A stretch of 64,000 bases of DNA, from positions 3,356 through 67,355 of the forward strand of contig JADMIL010000007.1 in NCBI GenBank assembly GCA_015478645.1. Direction: 5' to 3'. Below, in pieces: positions 46,169 to 54,918 of this stretch (the first letter of the stretch is position 1; the number at the start of each line of letters is the position of its first letter). Both the position numbers and the translations under genes were made by a program. The notes under the pieces are model-generated. The model saw only the letters and a list, made by a program, of their open reading frames with translations. It did not search any database and had not been told where the DNA came from. The DNA is from Candidatus Binataceae bacterium (GTDB taxonomy: Bacteria; Desulfobacterota; Binatia; Binatales; Binataceae).

Positions 46169-47293
46169 ATGGACTACAACGTCATCGACGCCGACGGCCA
46201 TATACTCGAGCCTCCCGATTTGTGGGAGCAATATATCGATCCGCAATACCGCGAGGGCTGCCCCAAGCTGGTAACGATGGCCGATGGGCTGGAGATTTTC
46301 CGCGTCGAGCACGACGATGCGGTCGACCTGGGCCACGGCAAAAAGCGCATCAGCTTCGGCGCGGTCGGCGCATACGGCTCGCGCGACGGCAAGGTCTCGG
46401 CGCGCATTCCCTACACCGAGGGGCGCAAGGGCGGCTTCGATCCGCATGCGCGGATTCCCGACATGGACGCCGAGGGCGTCGACGCGGCGTTTCTCTATCC
46501 GAGCCTCGGCCTGTTTTTGGGCTCGATGAAGGATCCCGACTTCTCCGCGGCAGCATGCCGCGCCTACAATCGCTGGCTCGCCGACTATTGCAAGCCTTAT
46601 CCCGAGCGGCTGTTCGGCGCCGCGATGCTGCCGATGCAATCGGTCGAAGGCGCGATCCAGGAGATGCGCTTTGCGGTCAAAGAACTGGGCTTCAAGGCGG
46701 GCTTTATCCGGCCCAATCCGTACAACGGGCGCGTGCTGCACGATCCGGCCTACGAGCCGCTGTGGACGGCGGCCGAGGAGATCGGCTTCTCGATGGGGAT
46801 TCACGGCGGCTCGGAGAGCGGGCAGGTCACCCTCGGCATGGATCGCTTTACGCGCGGCGGCGCGGTGCGCCATTGCGTGGCGCATACCTTCGAGATGATG
46901 GCGGCGGCGACCAGCCTCCTGATGTGCGGTGTGTGCGACCGCCATCCGAAACTCAAGTTCGCATTTCTGGAATCGGGCGGCGGCTGGATGGCCGGGTGGC
47001 TCGATCGGATGGATCGCCATTTCGACGACCAGGGGATGAACGATACGCGCCTCACGATGCGGCCGAGCGAGATGTTCCATCGCCAATGCTTCATCTCGTT
47101 CGAGCCGGTCGAGAAATCGCTGCCGCTGCTCGCCGATTACCTGGGCTCGGACAATATCCTGTGGGCGACCGACTACCCGCATCTCGACGGCTTTCCCGAC
47201 GCGCCCAAGATGATCCAGGCGATGGGCATGCCGGCCAAAACGCTGGCCAACGTGATGGCGGGCGGGGCCAAGCGCTACTACAACATGATTTAA
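46169..47293 (+). CDS. Amidohydrolase-2 family protein (second paralog)
   Basis: N-terminal MDYNVIDADGHILEP. The ATG at 46169 has a gggg/ggtga RBS. A GTG at 46160 is an alternative. Confidence 0.8.
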   Translation: MDYNVIDADGHILEPPDLWEQYIDPQYREGCPKLVTMADGLEIFRVEHDDAVDLGHGKKRISFGAVGAYGSRDGKVSARIPYTEGRKGGFDPHARIPDMDAEGVDAAFLYPSLGLFLGSMKDPDFSAAACRAYNRWLADYCKPYPERLFGAAMLPMQSVEGAIQEMRFAVKELGFKAGFIRPNPYNGRVLHDPAYEPLWTAAEEIGFSMGIHGGSESGQVTLGMDRFTRGGAVRHCVAHTFEMMAAATSLLMCGVCDRHPKLKFAFLESGGGWMAGWLDRMDRHFDDQGMNDTRLTMRPSEMFHRQCFISFEPVEKSLPLLADYLGSDNILWATDYPHLDGFPDAPKMIQAMGMPAKTLANVMAGGAKRYYNMI

Positions 47294-47315
47294 TCCGGAC
47301 CGGCGAGGCGTCCGT

Positions 47316-47359
47316 GCGCGCCGTCCGCAGCGATCGCCCGATCGCGGCGGACGGCGCGC
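47316..47359. repeat. Near-perfect 20-bp inverted repeat (gcgcgccgtccgcagcgatc ... gatcgcggcggacggcgcgc) immediately 3' of the amidohydrolase gene
   Basis: Read directly. There is one mismatch, a 4-nt loop and no U-tract. Confidence 0.45.
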
Positions 47360-47512
47360 CTCCATGTCGGACGCGGGTCACGGATGAATTCGCCGGGGAT
47401 GGCCGCCGTTGCTGCCGCGCGCGGCAATCGACCACGCGGCGCGGCGCGCGTGGCGCTTGACAGATTGTGCCGCTAACGCGAAGTACAACGAGATCGGGAA
47501 GGATGGTGGCAT

Positions 47513-48577
47513 ATGGAATTCGCACTCGCATATCCGGCACGTCCGGACGCCTGGAAAGACCTCGTAATCGCGGAAGAGCACGGTTTCACCCAGGCCTGGT
47601 TCTACGACTCGCAGATGCTCTACAGCGACGTCTACGTCTGCATGGCGATGGCGGCGGAACGGACCAAGCGGATCAAGCTGGCGACCGGCGTCGCGATACC
47701 GTCGAACCGCATCGAGCCGGTCACGGCGCATTCGATCGCGACGATCAATCTGCTCGCGCCGGGCCGGACTATCCTGGGCATCGGGAGCGGTTTCACCGGG
47801 CGCAATACGATGGGCTTGCCGCCGGTGCCGCTCGGCCAACTGCGCGATTACGTCGCGATGGTGCGCAAGCTGCTGCGCGGCGAAGAGGTGATGTATCGCG
47901 AAGGCGATCGCGAGCGCGCGATTCGCCTGCTCCATCAGGATTGCGGCTACATCAATCTGAAGGATCCGATTCCGATCCATATCGCGGCCGACGGACCCAA
48001 GGCGCTCGAACTGGCCGGTGAAATCGGCGACGGATGGTTGACCGTGCTGGCCGACGCGCCGCGCTATCGGCAGAAGTTCGACTCGGTGAAAAAGGGCGCC
48101 GCGCGCGCCGGCCGCTCAGTCAAGGATATGCCGACCGTGGTGCTGACCACCGGATGCGTCCTGCGCGACGGCGAATCCGCCACTTCGCCACGCGTGATCG
48201 AGCGCGTGGGGCCATTCGTGACCGTGTTTCTGCACGCGCTGTGGGAGCAATCGGCCGTCAGTGCGGGACTGCCGGCGCCGCTCGCCAAGCTCTGGGAGCG
48301 CTACCGCGACGAGTACATCCCGACCATGAAGACGCCCGCCGATCGCCGCTACCTCGAAATGCATGAGGGCCATCTCATCTATATGCGACCGGGCGAGGAC
48401 AAATATGTCAACGAGGCGCTGGTCTCGATGATGTCGCTGACCGGGCGCGGCGAAGAGATCATTGCGCGGCTCAAGGCGCTCGAGGCCGAGGGGCTCAAGC
48501 AGGTCGCGATCCAGGTGGTCAATAACGGGCGCGAGATGATCGAGGAATTCAGCCGTGAGGTGATCGCCAAGTATTAG
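47513..48577 (+). CDS. LLM-class oxidoreductase (F420-dependent / methylene-H4MPT reductase-like subfamily)
   Basis: The luciferase-like TIM barrel and a ggaagga RBS. Confidence 0.8.
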   Translation: MEFALAYPARPDAWKDLVIAEEHGFTQAWFYDSQMLYSDVYVCMAMAAERTKRIKLATGVAIPSNRIEPVTAHSIATINLLAPGRTILGIGSGFTGRNTMGLPPVPLGQLRDYVAMVRKLLRGEEVMYREGDRERAIRLLHQDCGYINLKDPIPIHIAADGPKALELAGEIGDGWLTVLADAPRYRQKFDSVKKGAARAGRSVKDMPTVVLTTGCVLRDGESATSPRVIERVGPFVTVFLHALWEQSAVSAGLPAPLAKLWERYRDEYIPTMKTPADRRYLEMHEGHLIYMRPGEDKYVNEALVSMMSLTGRGEEIIARLKALEAEGLKQVAIQVVNNGREMIEEFSREVIAKY

Positions 48578-48697
48578 CCGCGTCGCAGTGGCGGCACTGA
48601 CGCATCCGCGTGAGCGGGCGCGGCGGAGTGCAGCTCGATTTGACCGCGGGCGGCGCGCCGCGCGATAAACGGCGAGCAAGCCAGGAGGAAGCAGCCG

Positions 48698-49381
48698 ATG
48701 GGCAAATACTTCCGGTTCGAGAAGGCGGACGGCGTTGGACGGTTGACGTTCGACTATGCGGCCAAGCGCAATCCGTTCAACGAAGACAGTCTGAGCGAGC
48801 TCGAGGACAATCTGCTCGCCGCGCGCGAAGACGGCGAGGTTCGCGCGCTGGTCCTGACCGGCGTGGGCAATACCTTTTCGGCTGGCGCCGACCTGTCGCA
48901 CATGAAGGGCGTCACCGACGAGGCCGAGCGCCTGCGCCTGTTCAGCTCGGTCGCGCCGCGGCGCGGACGGCTGGTGCGCCGCGTGCTCGAGATGCTCACC
49001 CACCTGGAAATTCCGACTATCGCGGCGGTCAACGGATTCGCGGTGGGCGGCGGCTTTTTCCTGGTGCTCGCCTGCGATTTGCGCATCGCGGTCGCCGGCG
49101 CGGAGTTCTGGATGCCCGAGGTCGACCTGGGTGTGCCGGGTCCGCGCCGGCCCGAGCAATGGCTGGCGGCGCACGTCGGTGCGGCGCGCGCCAAAGAGAT
49201 CGTCATGACCTGCCGGCACTTCAAGGCCGAGGAGCTCTATCAATGGGGGCTGCTCAACCGCGTCGTGGCGAAGGACGAGCTGATGCCGGCGGCGATGGAG
49301 CTCGGACATTATCTGGCCTCGCGCAAGCCCTCCGCGGTGCGCCAGGCCAAGGCCAATATCAACGGTTATACGCTCGACTAG
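48698..49381 (+). CDS. Enoyl-CoA hydratase/isomerase (crotonase) family protein, paralog 1
   Basis: The crotonase oxyanion-hole region (LTGVGNTFSAGADL ... AAVNGFAVGGG) and a ggagga RBS. Confidence 0.8.
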   Translation: MGKYFRFEKADGVGRLTFDYAAKRNPFNEDSLSELEDNLLAAREDGEVRALVLTGVGNTFSAGADLSHMKGVTDEAERLRLFSSVAPRRGRLVRRVLEMLTHLEIPTIAAVNGFAVGGGFFLVLACDLRIAVAGAEFWMPEVDLGVPGPRRPEQWLAAHVGAARAKEIVMTCRHFKAEELYQWGLLNRVVAKDELMPAAMELGHYLASRKPSAVRQAKANINGYTLD

Positions 49382-49447
49382 AAGAGTGCGCGGCGCGCGT
49401 CGAGCGGCTCGCGAGGGCGGCTTGCGGGGCGGCGCAAAGGAAGCCCG

Positions 49448-50143
49448 ATGCCGGATAATTTTCTCGTCGCGAAGGACGGCCCGATCACCACGATCACGTT
49501 CAACCGGCCCGAGCGGCGCAACTGCCTCAACCGCGAGGTGATGACCGAACTCGAAGACCGGCTGCGCGCCGTGCGCAACGATCGCGGCGTGCGCGTGCTG
49601 ATCGTGACCGGCACCGGCGCCGCATTTTCGGCCGGCGCCGACATGACCGTGACCAAAGGCATCGCCGATGCGCAAGCGCGCGCGCGCGTATTTATGGCCA
49701 ACAATGACGGTGGGGCGCGGATGGTCGGGCGCATCTACGATCACGTCACGCGGCTCGACTGCATGACGATCGCCGCCGTCAACGGCTACGCGGTGGGCGG
49801 CGGATGGGCGATCGCGGCCGCGTTCGATTTTATCGTCGCCATCGAGGAGGCCGAATTCTGGGTGCCCGAGGTCGAACTGGGCGCGGCCTTCACCGGCGGT
49901 CCGGCGCTCGCGATGGCGGCGCGGCTCGGGCCCTGGCGCGCCAAGGACGCGATGATCCTGTGCCGCCATTTCAAGGCCCGCGAACTGCACGATTTGGGCA
50001 TGGTCAATCGGGTGGTCAAGCAGGGCGATCTGATTCCGGCGGCGCATAAGCTGGCGCAGGAATTGATTAAGCTGCCGCAAAAGGCGGCGACCCGGACCAA
50101 GCATTTCGTCGACGGCGTGTTTATCGGCGCGCGGCTCTATTAA
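49448..50143 (+). CDS. Enoyl-CoA hydratase/isomerase (crotonase) family protein, paralog 2
   Basis: The motifs VTGTGAAFSAGADM ... AAVNGYAVGGG and an aaggaag RBS. Confidence 0.8.
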   Translation: MPDNFLVAKDGPITTITFNRPERRNCLNREVMTELEDRLRAVRNDRGVRVLIVTGTGAAFSAGADMTVTKGIADAQARARVFMANNDGGARMVGRIYDHVTRLDCMTIAAVNGYAVGGGWAIAAAFDFIVAIEEAEFWVPEVELGAAFTGGPALAMAARLGPWRAKDAMILCRHFKARELHDLGMVNRVVKQGDLIPAAHKLAQELIKLPQKAATRTKHFVDGVFIGARLY

Positions 50144-50190
50144 GGATTCGGCGCGGGGCGCGCCCACGGCGCGCGAGGAGGGCTATTGCG

Positions 50191-50685
50191 ATGATCGTAC
50201 CGGACCGTATCGGCCACGTGGTGATCAAGGTGCGCGACCTCGCACGCTCGCGCCATTTCTATACCGACGTGATGGGCCTCGAAGTGATGATGGAGCTGCC
50301 GCAAATCAAGATGGCGTTCTTCGCCAGTCACGGCCGCGACCATCACGAACTCGCCTGCCTCGAGGTGGGCGAGGCCGCGCCGGCCCCGCCCAAGGGCGCG
50401 GTCGGGCTCTCGCATATCGCGTTTCGCCTGCGCGACGAAGAGCATCTGCGCGCCGCCTACCGCGAGCTCAAGGAAAAGCAGGTGCCGGTGCTCTCGACCA
50501 TCGACCACGGCATCACCAAGAGCATCTACCTGCGCGACCCCGACGGCTATCAAATTGAAGTATATTGCGACACATCGGCGCAAGACCAGGCGCATTTTCC
50601 CAACCCATACGGCGGGATGGAAAAGCTCGAGTTCGCAAAGGACGACCCCGGGATCGGCGACGCGATGCGCAAGCGGCTTAACTAG
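50191..50685 (+). CDS. VOC family protein (single-domain extradiol dioxygenase / glyoxalase-like)
   Basis: The motifs IGHVVIKV...LSHIAFRL and a ggaggg RBS. Confidence 0.75.
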   Translation: MIVPDRIGHVVIKVRDLARSRHFYTDVMGLEVMMELPQIKMAFFASHGRDHHELACLEVGEAAPAPPKGAVGLSHIAFRLRDEEHLRAAYRELKEKQVPVLSTIDHGITKSIYLRDPDGYQIEVYCDTSAQDQAHFPNPYGGMEKLEFAKDDPGIGDAMRKRLN

Positions 50686-50695
50686 GGAACCTCGG

Positions 50696-50809
50696 CACAA
50701 GGCTCTGCGGTCACCCTGAGCGCAGCGCATGGGTCCCGGATCCGGGATTCTTCGCCGCGCTCAGAATGACAACCTGACTTGTGCAGAGGTTCCCTAGACG
50801 ATTGTCGTG
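50696..50809. repeat. Nested palindromic intergenic repeat, copy C
   Basis: The termini are tagggaacctcggcacaaggctctgcggtcaccctgagcgcagcg ... cgctcagaatgacaacctgacttgtgcagaggttcccta. It shares the outer arms with copy B and the inner 'gctcagaatgaca' with copy A. Confidence 0.65.
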
Positions 50810-50865
50810 CGGCGCGCGCCGCGATCGCGCGGGCGCGTCAGATAACCAACGAACACGGGAGTTTC

Positions 50866-52299
50866 ATGGGTATCCGCAGCGGTAGCGAATTCGTCGAGAG
50901 CCTGCGCGACGCGCGCACGATCTACGCCAATGGCGAGCGCGTGCGCGACGTCACCGACTATCCGCCCTTTCGCGGCATCGTCGCCACGATGGCCTCGCTC
51001 TACGACCTTCAGCATCGGCGGCGCGACGAGCTGACCTTCCCTTCGCCGACCACCGGCGAGCCGGTCAGTGCGAGCTTTATCCTGGCCGACACGCTCGAAG
51101 CGGCCGAGCGCCGCGCGCGCGCCGAGGAGATTCGCGCCGACCATACCTTTGGCCTGATGGGGCGGATGCCCGACTTCTGCAATGCGATGGTCAGTGACGT
51201 GGTCACGGCGCGCGGCTACGTGGGCCGGCGCGAGCCGCGCTACGGCGACAATCTCCAGCGCTACTACGAGGAGGTGCGCGATCGCGACTGGTGCCTGACC
51301 CATACGCTGGTCGATCCGCAGATCGATCGATCGCGCGGGCCGGCCGAGCAGGACGATCCGTTTGCGGCGCTGCGCCTGGTGCGCGAGACCGACTCAGGAC
51401 TCATCGTGCGCGGCGCCAAGATGCTCTCGACGCTGGCGCCCTTTTCCAACGAGCTGTGGGTGGGACCGTTCTATCCGCGGCGTGCGGGCGAGGAGGCCTA
51501 CGCGCTCTGCTTCGCGATTCCCACGGCGACGCCGGGCCTCAAGTTCATCTGCCGCGAGACCTACGACGGCGGGCGCAGCAGCTTCGATCGTCCGCTCAGC
51601 TCGCGCTTTGACGAAGAGGACGCGCTGGCGGTCTTCGACGACGTGCTGGTGCCGTGGGAGCGCGTCTTCATCCATGGCGATATCGAGATCTTCAATGGCG
51701 TCCTGGCGCGCACGCCGGGCTACGCGATGTTGCAGGGTGCGATTCGCGGGATGGTCAAGCTGCGTTTTCTGGCCGGCCTCGCCTGTCATCTGGCGGACGC
51801 GATCGGGCGCAGCGCCCTGCCGCAGGTCCAGTCGCAGGTTGGCGAGCTGGTGGCCAACGCGGAGTTGGTCAGCGGACTGATCCGCGCCGGCACGCAGGAG
51901 GTCACCTGGGGCGCGACACGCGGCACGCCGCATCGCTCGCTCGCGGCGACGCTGTGGGTGATGATCCCGCAGGCGCAGATGCGCGCGGCCGAGGTCATCC
52001 GGCAGTTGAGCGGCAGCGGGCTTATCATGACGCCGACGGAAAAGGATTTCGCCAATCCCGAAATCGCCGGCTACCTGGAAAAATATCTGCGCGGCAAGGA
52101 CGTGAGCGCGCGCGATCGCGTGCAGCTCTTCAAGCTCGCCTGGGACATGATCGGCGAGCCGTTCGGCAGCCGCCAGTTGCAGTACGAATGGTTCTACTCG
52201 GGCGATCCGAATTTCACCCGCTCGCGCTTTTTCCGCTCGCCGATCACGCGCGACTTCAAGGCGATGGTCGATCGGCTGCTCAAGCCGCCCGGCGCCTGA
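50866..52299 (+). CDS. HpaB-family flavin-dependent monooxygenase (4-hydroxyphenylacetate 3-monooxygenase oxygenase component-like)
   Basis: The protein aligns along its length with HpaB (RPLSSRFDEEDALAVFDDVLVPWERVFI; LQYEWFYSG). An ATG at 50866 is preceded by a gggag RBS. The ORF-track extension would run through the repeat. Confidence 0.85.
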   Translation: MGIRSGSEFVESLRDARTIYANGERVRDVTDYPPFRGIVATMASLYDLQHRRRDELTFPSPTTGEPVSASFILADTLEAAERRARAEEIRADHTFGLMGRMPDFCNAMVSDVVTARGYVGRREPRYGDNLQRYYEEVRDRDWCLTHTLVDPQIDRSRGPAEQDDPFAALRLVRETDSGLIVRGAKMLSTLAPFSNELWVGPFYPRRAGEEAYALCFAIPTATPGLKFICRETYDGGRSSFDRPLSSRFDEEDALAVFDDVLVPWERVFIHGDIEIFNGVLARTPGYAMLQGAIRGMVKLRFLAGLACHLADAIGRSALPQVQSQVGELVANAELVSGLIRAGTQEVTWGATRGTPHRSLAATLWVMIPQAQMRAAEVIRQLSGSGLIMTPTEKDFANPEIAGYLEKYLRGKDVSARDRVQLFKLAWDMIGEPFGSRQLQYEWFYSGDPNFTRSRFFRSPITRDFKAMVDRLLKPPGA

Positions 52300-52310
52300 G
52301 CGGTCGTCAA

Positions 52311-53795
52311 TCAGGCGCGCGCGGCGCGGCCGGCCGAGGTTCCCGCGAGGCGGCCGAAGACCGCACCCGACATCAGGCCGGTGCCCCCGGGATAGTTGAA
52401 GTAGAACAGTCCGCCGACCATTTCGCCCGCCGCGTAGAGCCCCGCGATCGGCGCCCCGTCGGTATCGATCACCGCGCCATTCCCGTCGATGCGCAGTCCG
52501 CCGAAGGTAAACGTGATGCCGCAGGTGATCGCGTAGGCCTCGAACGGCGGCGTGTCGAGCGCGTTGGCCCAGTGGCTCTTGTCGATCTTGAGCCCGCGGG
52601 TTGCGCGACCGTCCTTGACGTTGGGATTAAACGGCGTCGCGGTCGCCACGGCGGCGTTGAACTCGCCGACCTCGGCGAGAAAGCCGGCCGCATCGACGTC
52701 CTCGAGCTTGCCGGCCAGTTCCTCGAGCGTTGCGGCGGTCACCCGCGTCACGCGCTTGATCCGGTATTCGTCGCGCAGCAGATGAGCCACCTTGCGATCG
52801 AAGACCTGCCAGGCGAACTGCCCGGGCTGTTCGAGCACCGCGCGTCCATACTTGGCGTAGGTGTAATTGCGGAAGTCCGCGCCCTCGTCGACGAACCGGC
52901 GGCCGCGTGCGTTCACGATAATGCCGAACGGGTAGCTGTGCTTCTGAAAGCCGTCGCCGACGCTCAAGTCGCCGAACTCGGGCGCGTTGCGATCCCATCC
53001 CACCGCGTGGCATCCCGACCAGTTCCCGCAGGGCATCGCGCCAATCGCGAGCGCCATGCGCAGGCCGTCGCCGGTGTTGAAGCGGGTGCCGCGCACCTTG
53101 GCGAGATCCCAGCCCGGGCCGAGGTAGCGCGTGCGCCATTCGGCGTTGGCCTCGAAGCCGCCCGCGGCCAGGATCACGGCGCGCGCCGCGATCGGTGCGG
53201 TGCGTCCGCCGGCGCGCACGAGCACACCGCGCACTCCGCCGTCGTCATGGATCAGTTCGATCGCGCGGCTGGCGTACGCGACCTCGATCGCGTTGCGCTC
53301 GGCCGCGGCGTACAGCGCGTCGACCAGTCCCGGTCCGCCGCCCCACGCCTCGACCGTGAGCCCGCCCCAGAACTTGAACTTGCCGTCGACCTTGAACGCC
53401 TGCCGCCCGTAGATCGGCGCGAACCGCACGCCCTTGCCGCGCATCCAGAGCATCGTCTCGAGGCTCTGGCCGACCAGGGTTTCGGCCAGCGCCGGGTCGG
53501 TGCGGTATTGGGTGACGCGGCAGAGGTCGTCGTAAAACTGATCCTGGCCGTAGACGCCGAAGTCGGTGTTGGCCTTTTCCTCGTCGGTCAGATCGGGTAT
53601 GAGGCGCGCCAGATCGCCGATACCGTCGTACGCCACGCGCATCGCGCCCGCCGTGAAGCGGCTGTTGCCGCCGCGCTCGCCGGGCGGCGCGCATTCGAGG
53701 ACCAGCACGCTCGCCCCGCTCTCGCGCGCGGCCAGTGCGGCGCACAAGGCGGCATTGCCGCCGCCGACCACGATTACGTCATACGCCGAAGCCAT
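52311..53795 (-). CDS. TcuA-like FAD-dependent flavoprotein (tricarballylate dehydrogenase family)
   Basis: An N-terminal FAD fold YDVIVVGGGNAALCAALAARESGASVLVLE and a TcuA-like architecture. Confidence 0.8.
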   Translation of the reverse strand: MASAYDVIVVGGGNAALCAALAARESGASVLVLECAPPGERGGNSRFTAGAMRVAYDGIGDLARLIPDLTDEEKANTDFGVYGQDQFYDDLCRVTQYRTDPALAETLVGQSLETMLWMRGKGVRFAPIYGRQAFKVDGKFKFWGGLTVEAWGGGPGLVDALYAAAERNAIEVAYASRAIELIHDDGGVRGVLVRAGGRTAPIAARAVILAAGGFEANAEWRTRYLGPGWDLAKVRGTRFNTGDGLRMALAIGAMPCGNWSGCHAVGWDRNAPEFGDLSVGDGFQKHSYPFGIIVNARGRRFVDEGADFRNYTYAKYGRAVLEQPGQFAWQVFDRKVAHLLRDEYRIKRVTRVTAATLEELAGKLEDVDAAGFLAEVGEFNAAVATATPFNPNVKDGRATRGLKIDKSHWANALDTPPFEAYAITCGITFTFGGLRIDGNGAVIDTDGAPIAGLYAAGEMVGGLFYFNYPGGTGLMSGAVFGRLAGTSAGRAARA

Positions 53796-53867
53796 CTATG
53801 CAGTTCCGTCCTTGCCGGGGTGTGCCGCGGCCGCGCCGCGCCGATCGATCGCGCACAATTATGGCGA

Positions 53868-54788
53868 TCACTTGCGCGCGCGCAGGTCCGGCGGCACGGC
53901 GCTATGCGCGATCGACTCGTCGAGCGCCTCGTAATCCGCGTAGCCGATAGTTTCGTACAGATCCGCGCGCGTCTGCATCCGCTCGAGCATCGCGGAGGCG
54001 CCGCCGTCGCGCATGATTGTGCCGTACAGATCGCCGATCGCATGCGCCGCGACGCGCAATGACGAGACCGGCCAGATGACCAGCTTGAAGCCGAAGGCGG
54101 CGAACTCGCCGGCGCTGAAATACGGCGTGCGGCCAAACTCGGTCATGTTGGCGAGCAGCGGGGCGTCGATCGCGCCGGCGAATTTCCGGAACATTTCGGC
54201 GGTCGTGAGCGCCTCGGGGAAGATCACGTCGGCGCCGGCCGCGCGATAGAGCCGGGCGCGCGCGATCGCCGCGTCGAGGCCCTCGACGCCCGCCGCGTCG
54301 GTCCGCGCGATCACCTTGAGATGGCGCCGCGCGCGCACCGCCGCCGCGACCTTGGCCGCCATCTCGTCGGGCGCGACCAGCCGCTGGTCGTTCAGATGGC
54401 CGCATTTTTTTGGCAGTTGCTGGTCCTCGAGTTGAATCGCCGCGGCACCGGCGTCTTCGAGTTCGCGCACCGTGCGCATCACGTTGAGCACGCCGCCATA
54501 GCCGGTATCGCCGTCGACGATCAGCGGAATCGCCGCCGCGCGCGCGATTGTGCGGGTGAACAGGCAAAGCTCGTCGAGGCCCAGAATCCCCAGGTCGGCG
54601 AGACCCAGGCTCGCGCTTAACGCCGCACCCGACAGATAGATCGCCTTGAAGCCGGCGCGCATCGCGAGCATCCCAGCAAGAGCGTTGTGCGCGCCGGGAA
54701 CCATGACGATCCCCGGTGCACGCCACAATTGCGCGAGCCGTTCGCCCGGCGGCGCGTGGTCCGCCCGGTCGTTGGTTAGCCAGGTCAT
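53868..54788 (-). CDS. Isocitrate lyase / PEP mutase family lyase (2-methylisocitrate lyase-like)
   Basis: The family signature K-K-C-G-H (PKKCGHL) and DGDTGYGG. Confidence 0.8.
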   Translation of the reverse strand: MTWLTNDRADHAPPGERLAQLWRAPGIVMVPGAHNALAGMLAMRAGFKAIYLSGAALSASLGLADLGILGLDELCLFTRTIARAAAIPLIVDGDTGYGGVLNVMRTVRELEDAGAAAIQLEDQQLPKKCGHLNDQRLVAPDEMAAKVAAAVRARRHLKVIARTDAAGVEGLDAAIARARLYRAAGADVIFPEALTTAEMFRKFAGAIDAPLLANMTEFGRTPYFSAGEFAAFGFKLVIWPVSSLRVAAHAIGDLYGTIMRDGGASAMLERMQTRADLYETIGYADYEALDESIAHSAVPPDLRARK

Positions 54789-54918
54789 CGCGAAGCCACT
54801 CCCGCGCGCGTCCAGTGGCGGAGATTTTTGCCGCCGCGCGCTTTGTGCAATTATTCGGTCGGCGGGGCGATACAGTCAAATCGCACCGGTCAATCGGATG
54901 GAGAAGTAAGCGAAAGCT

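Noticed and set aside
46061-47365. The upstream 430 codons of the 666-aa minus-strand ORF containing bioD.
   Set aside because: This portion is antisense to the amidohydrolase-2 gene at 46169-47293. Only the C-terminal 232 codons (an ATG at 46060) look like BioD.
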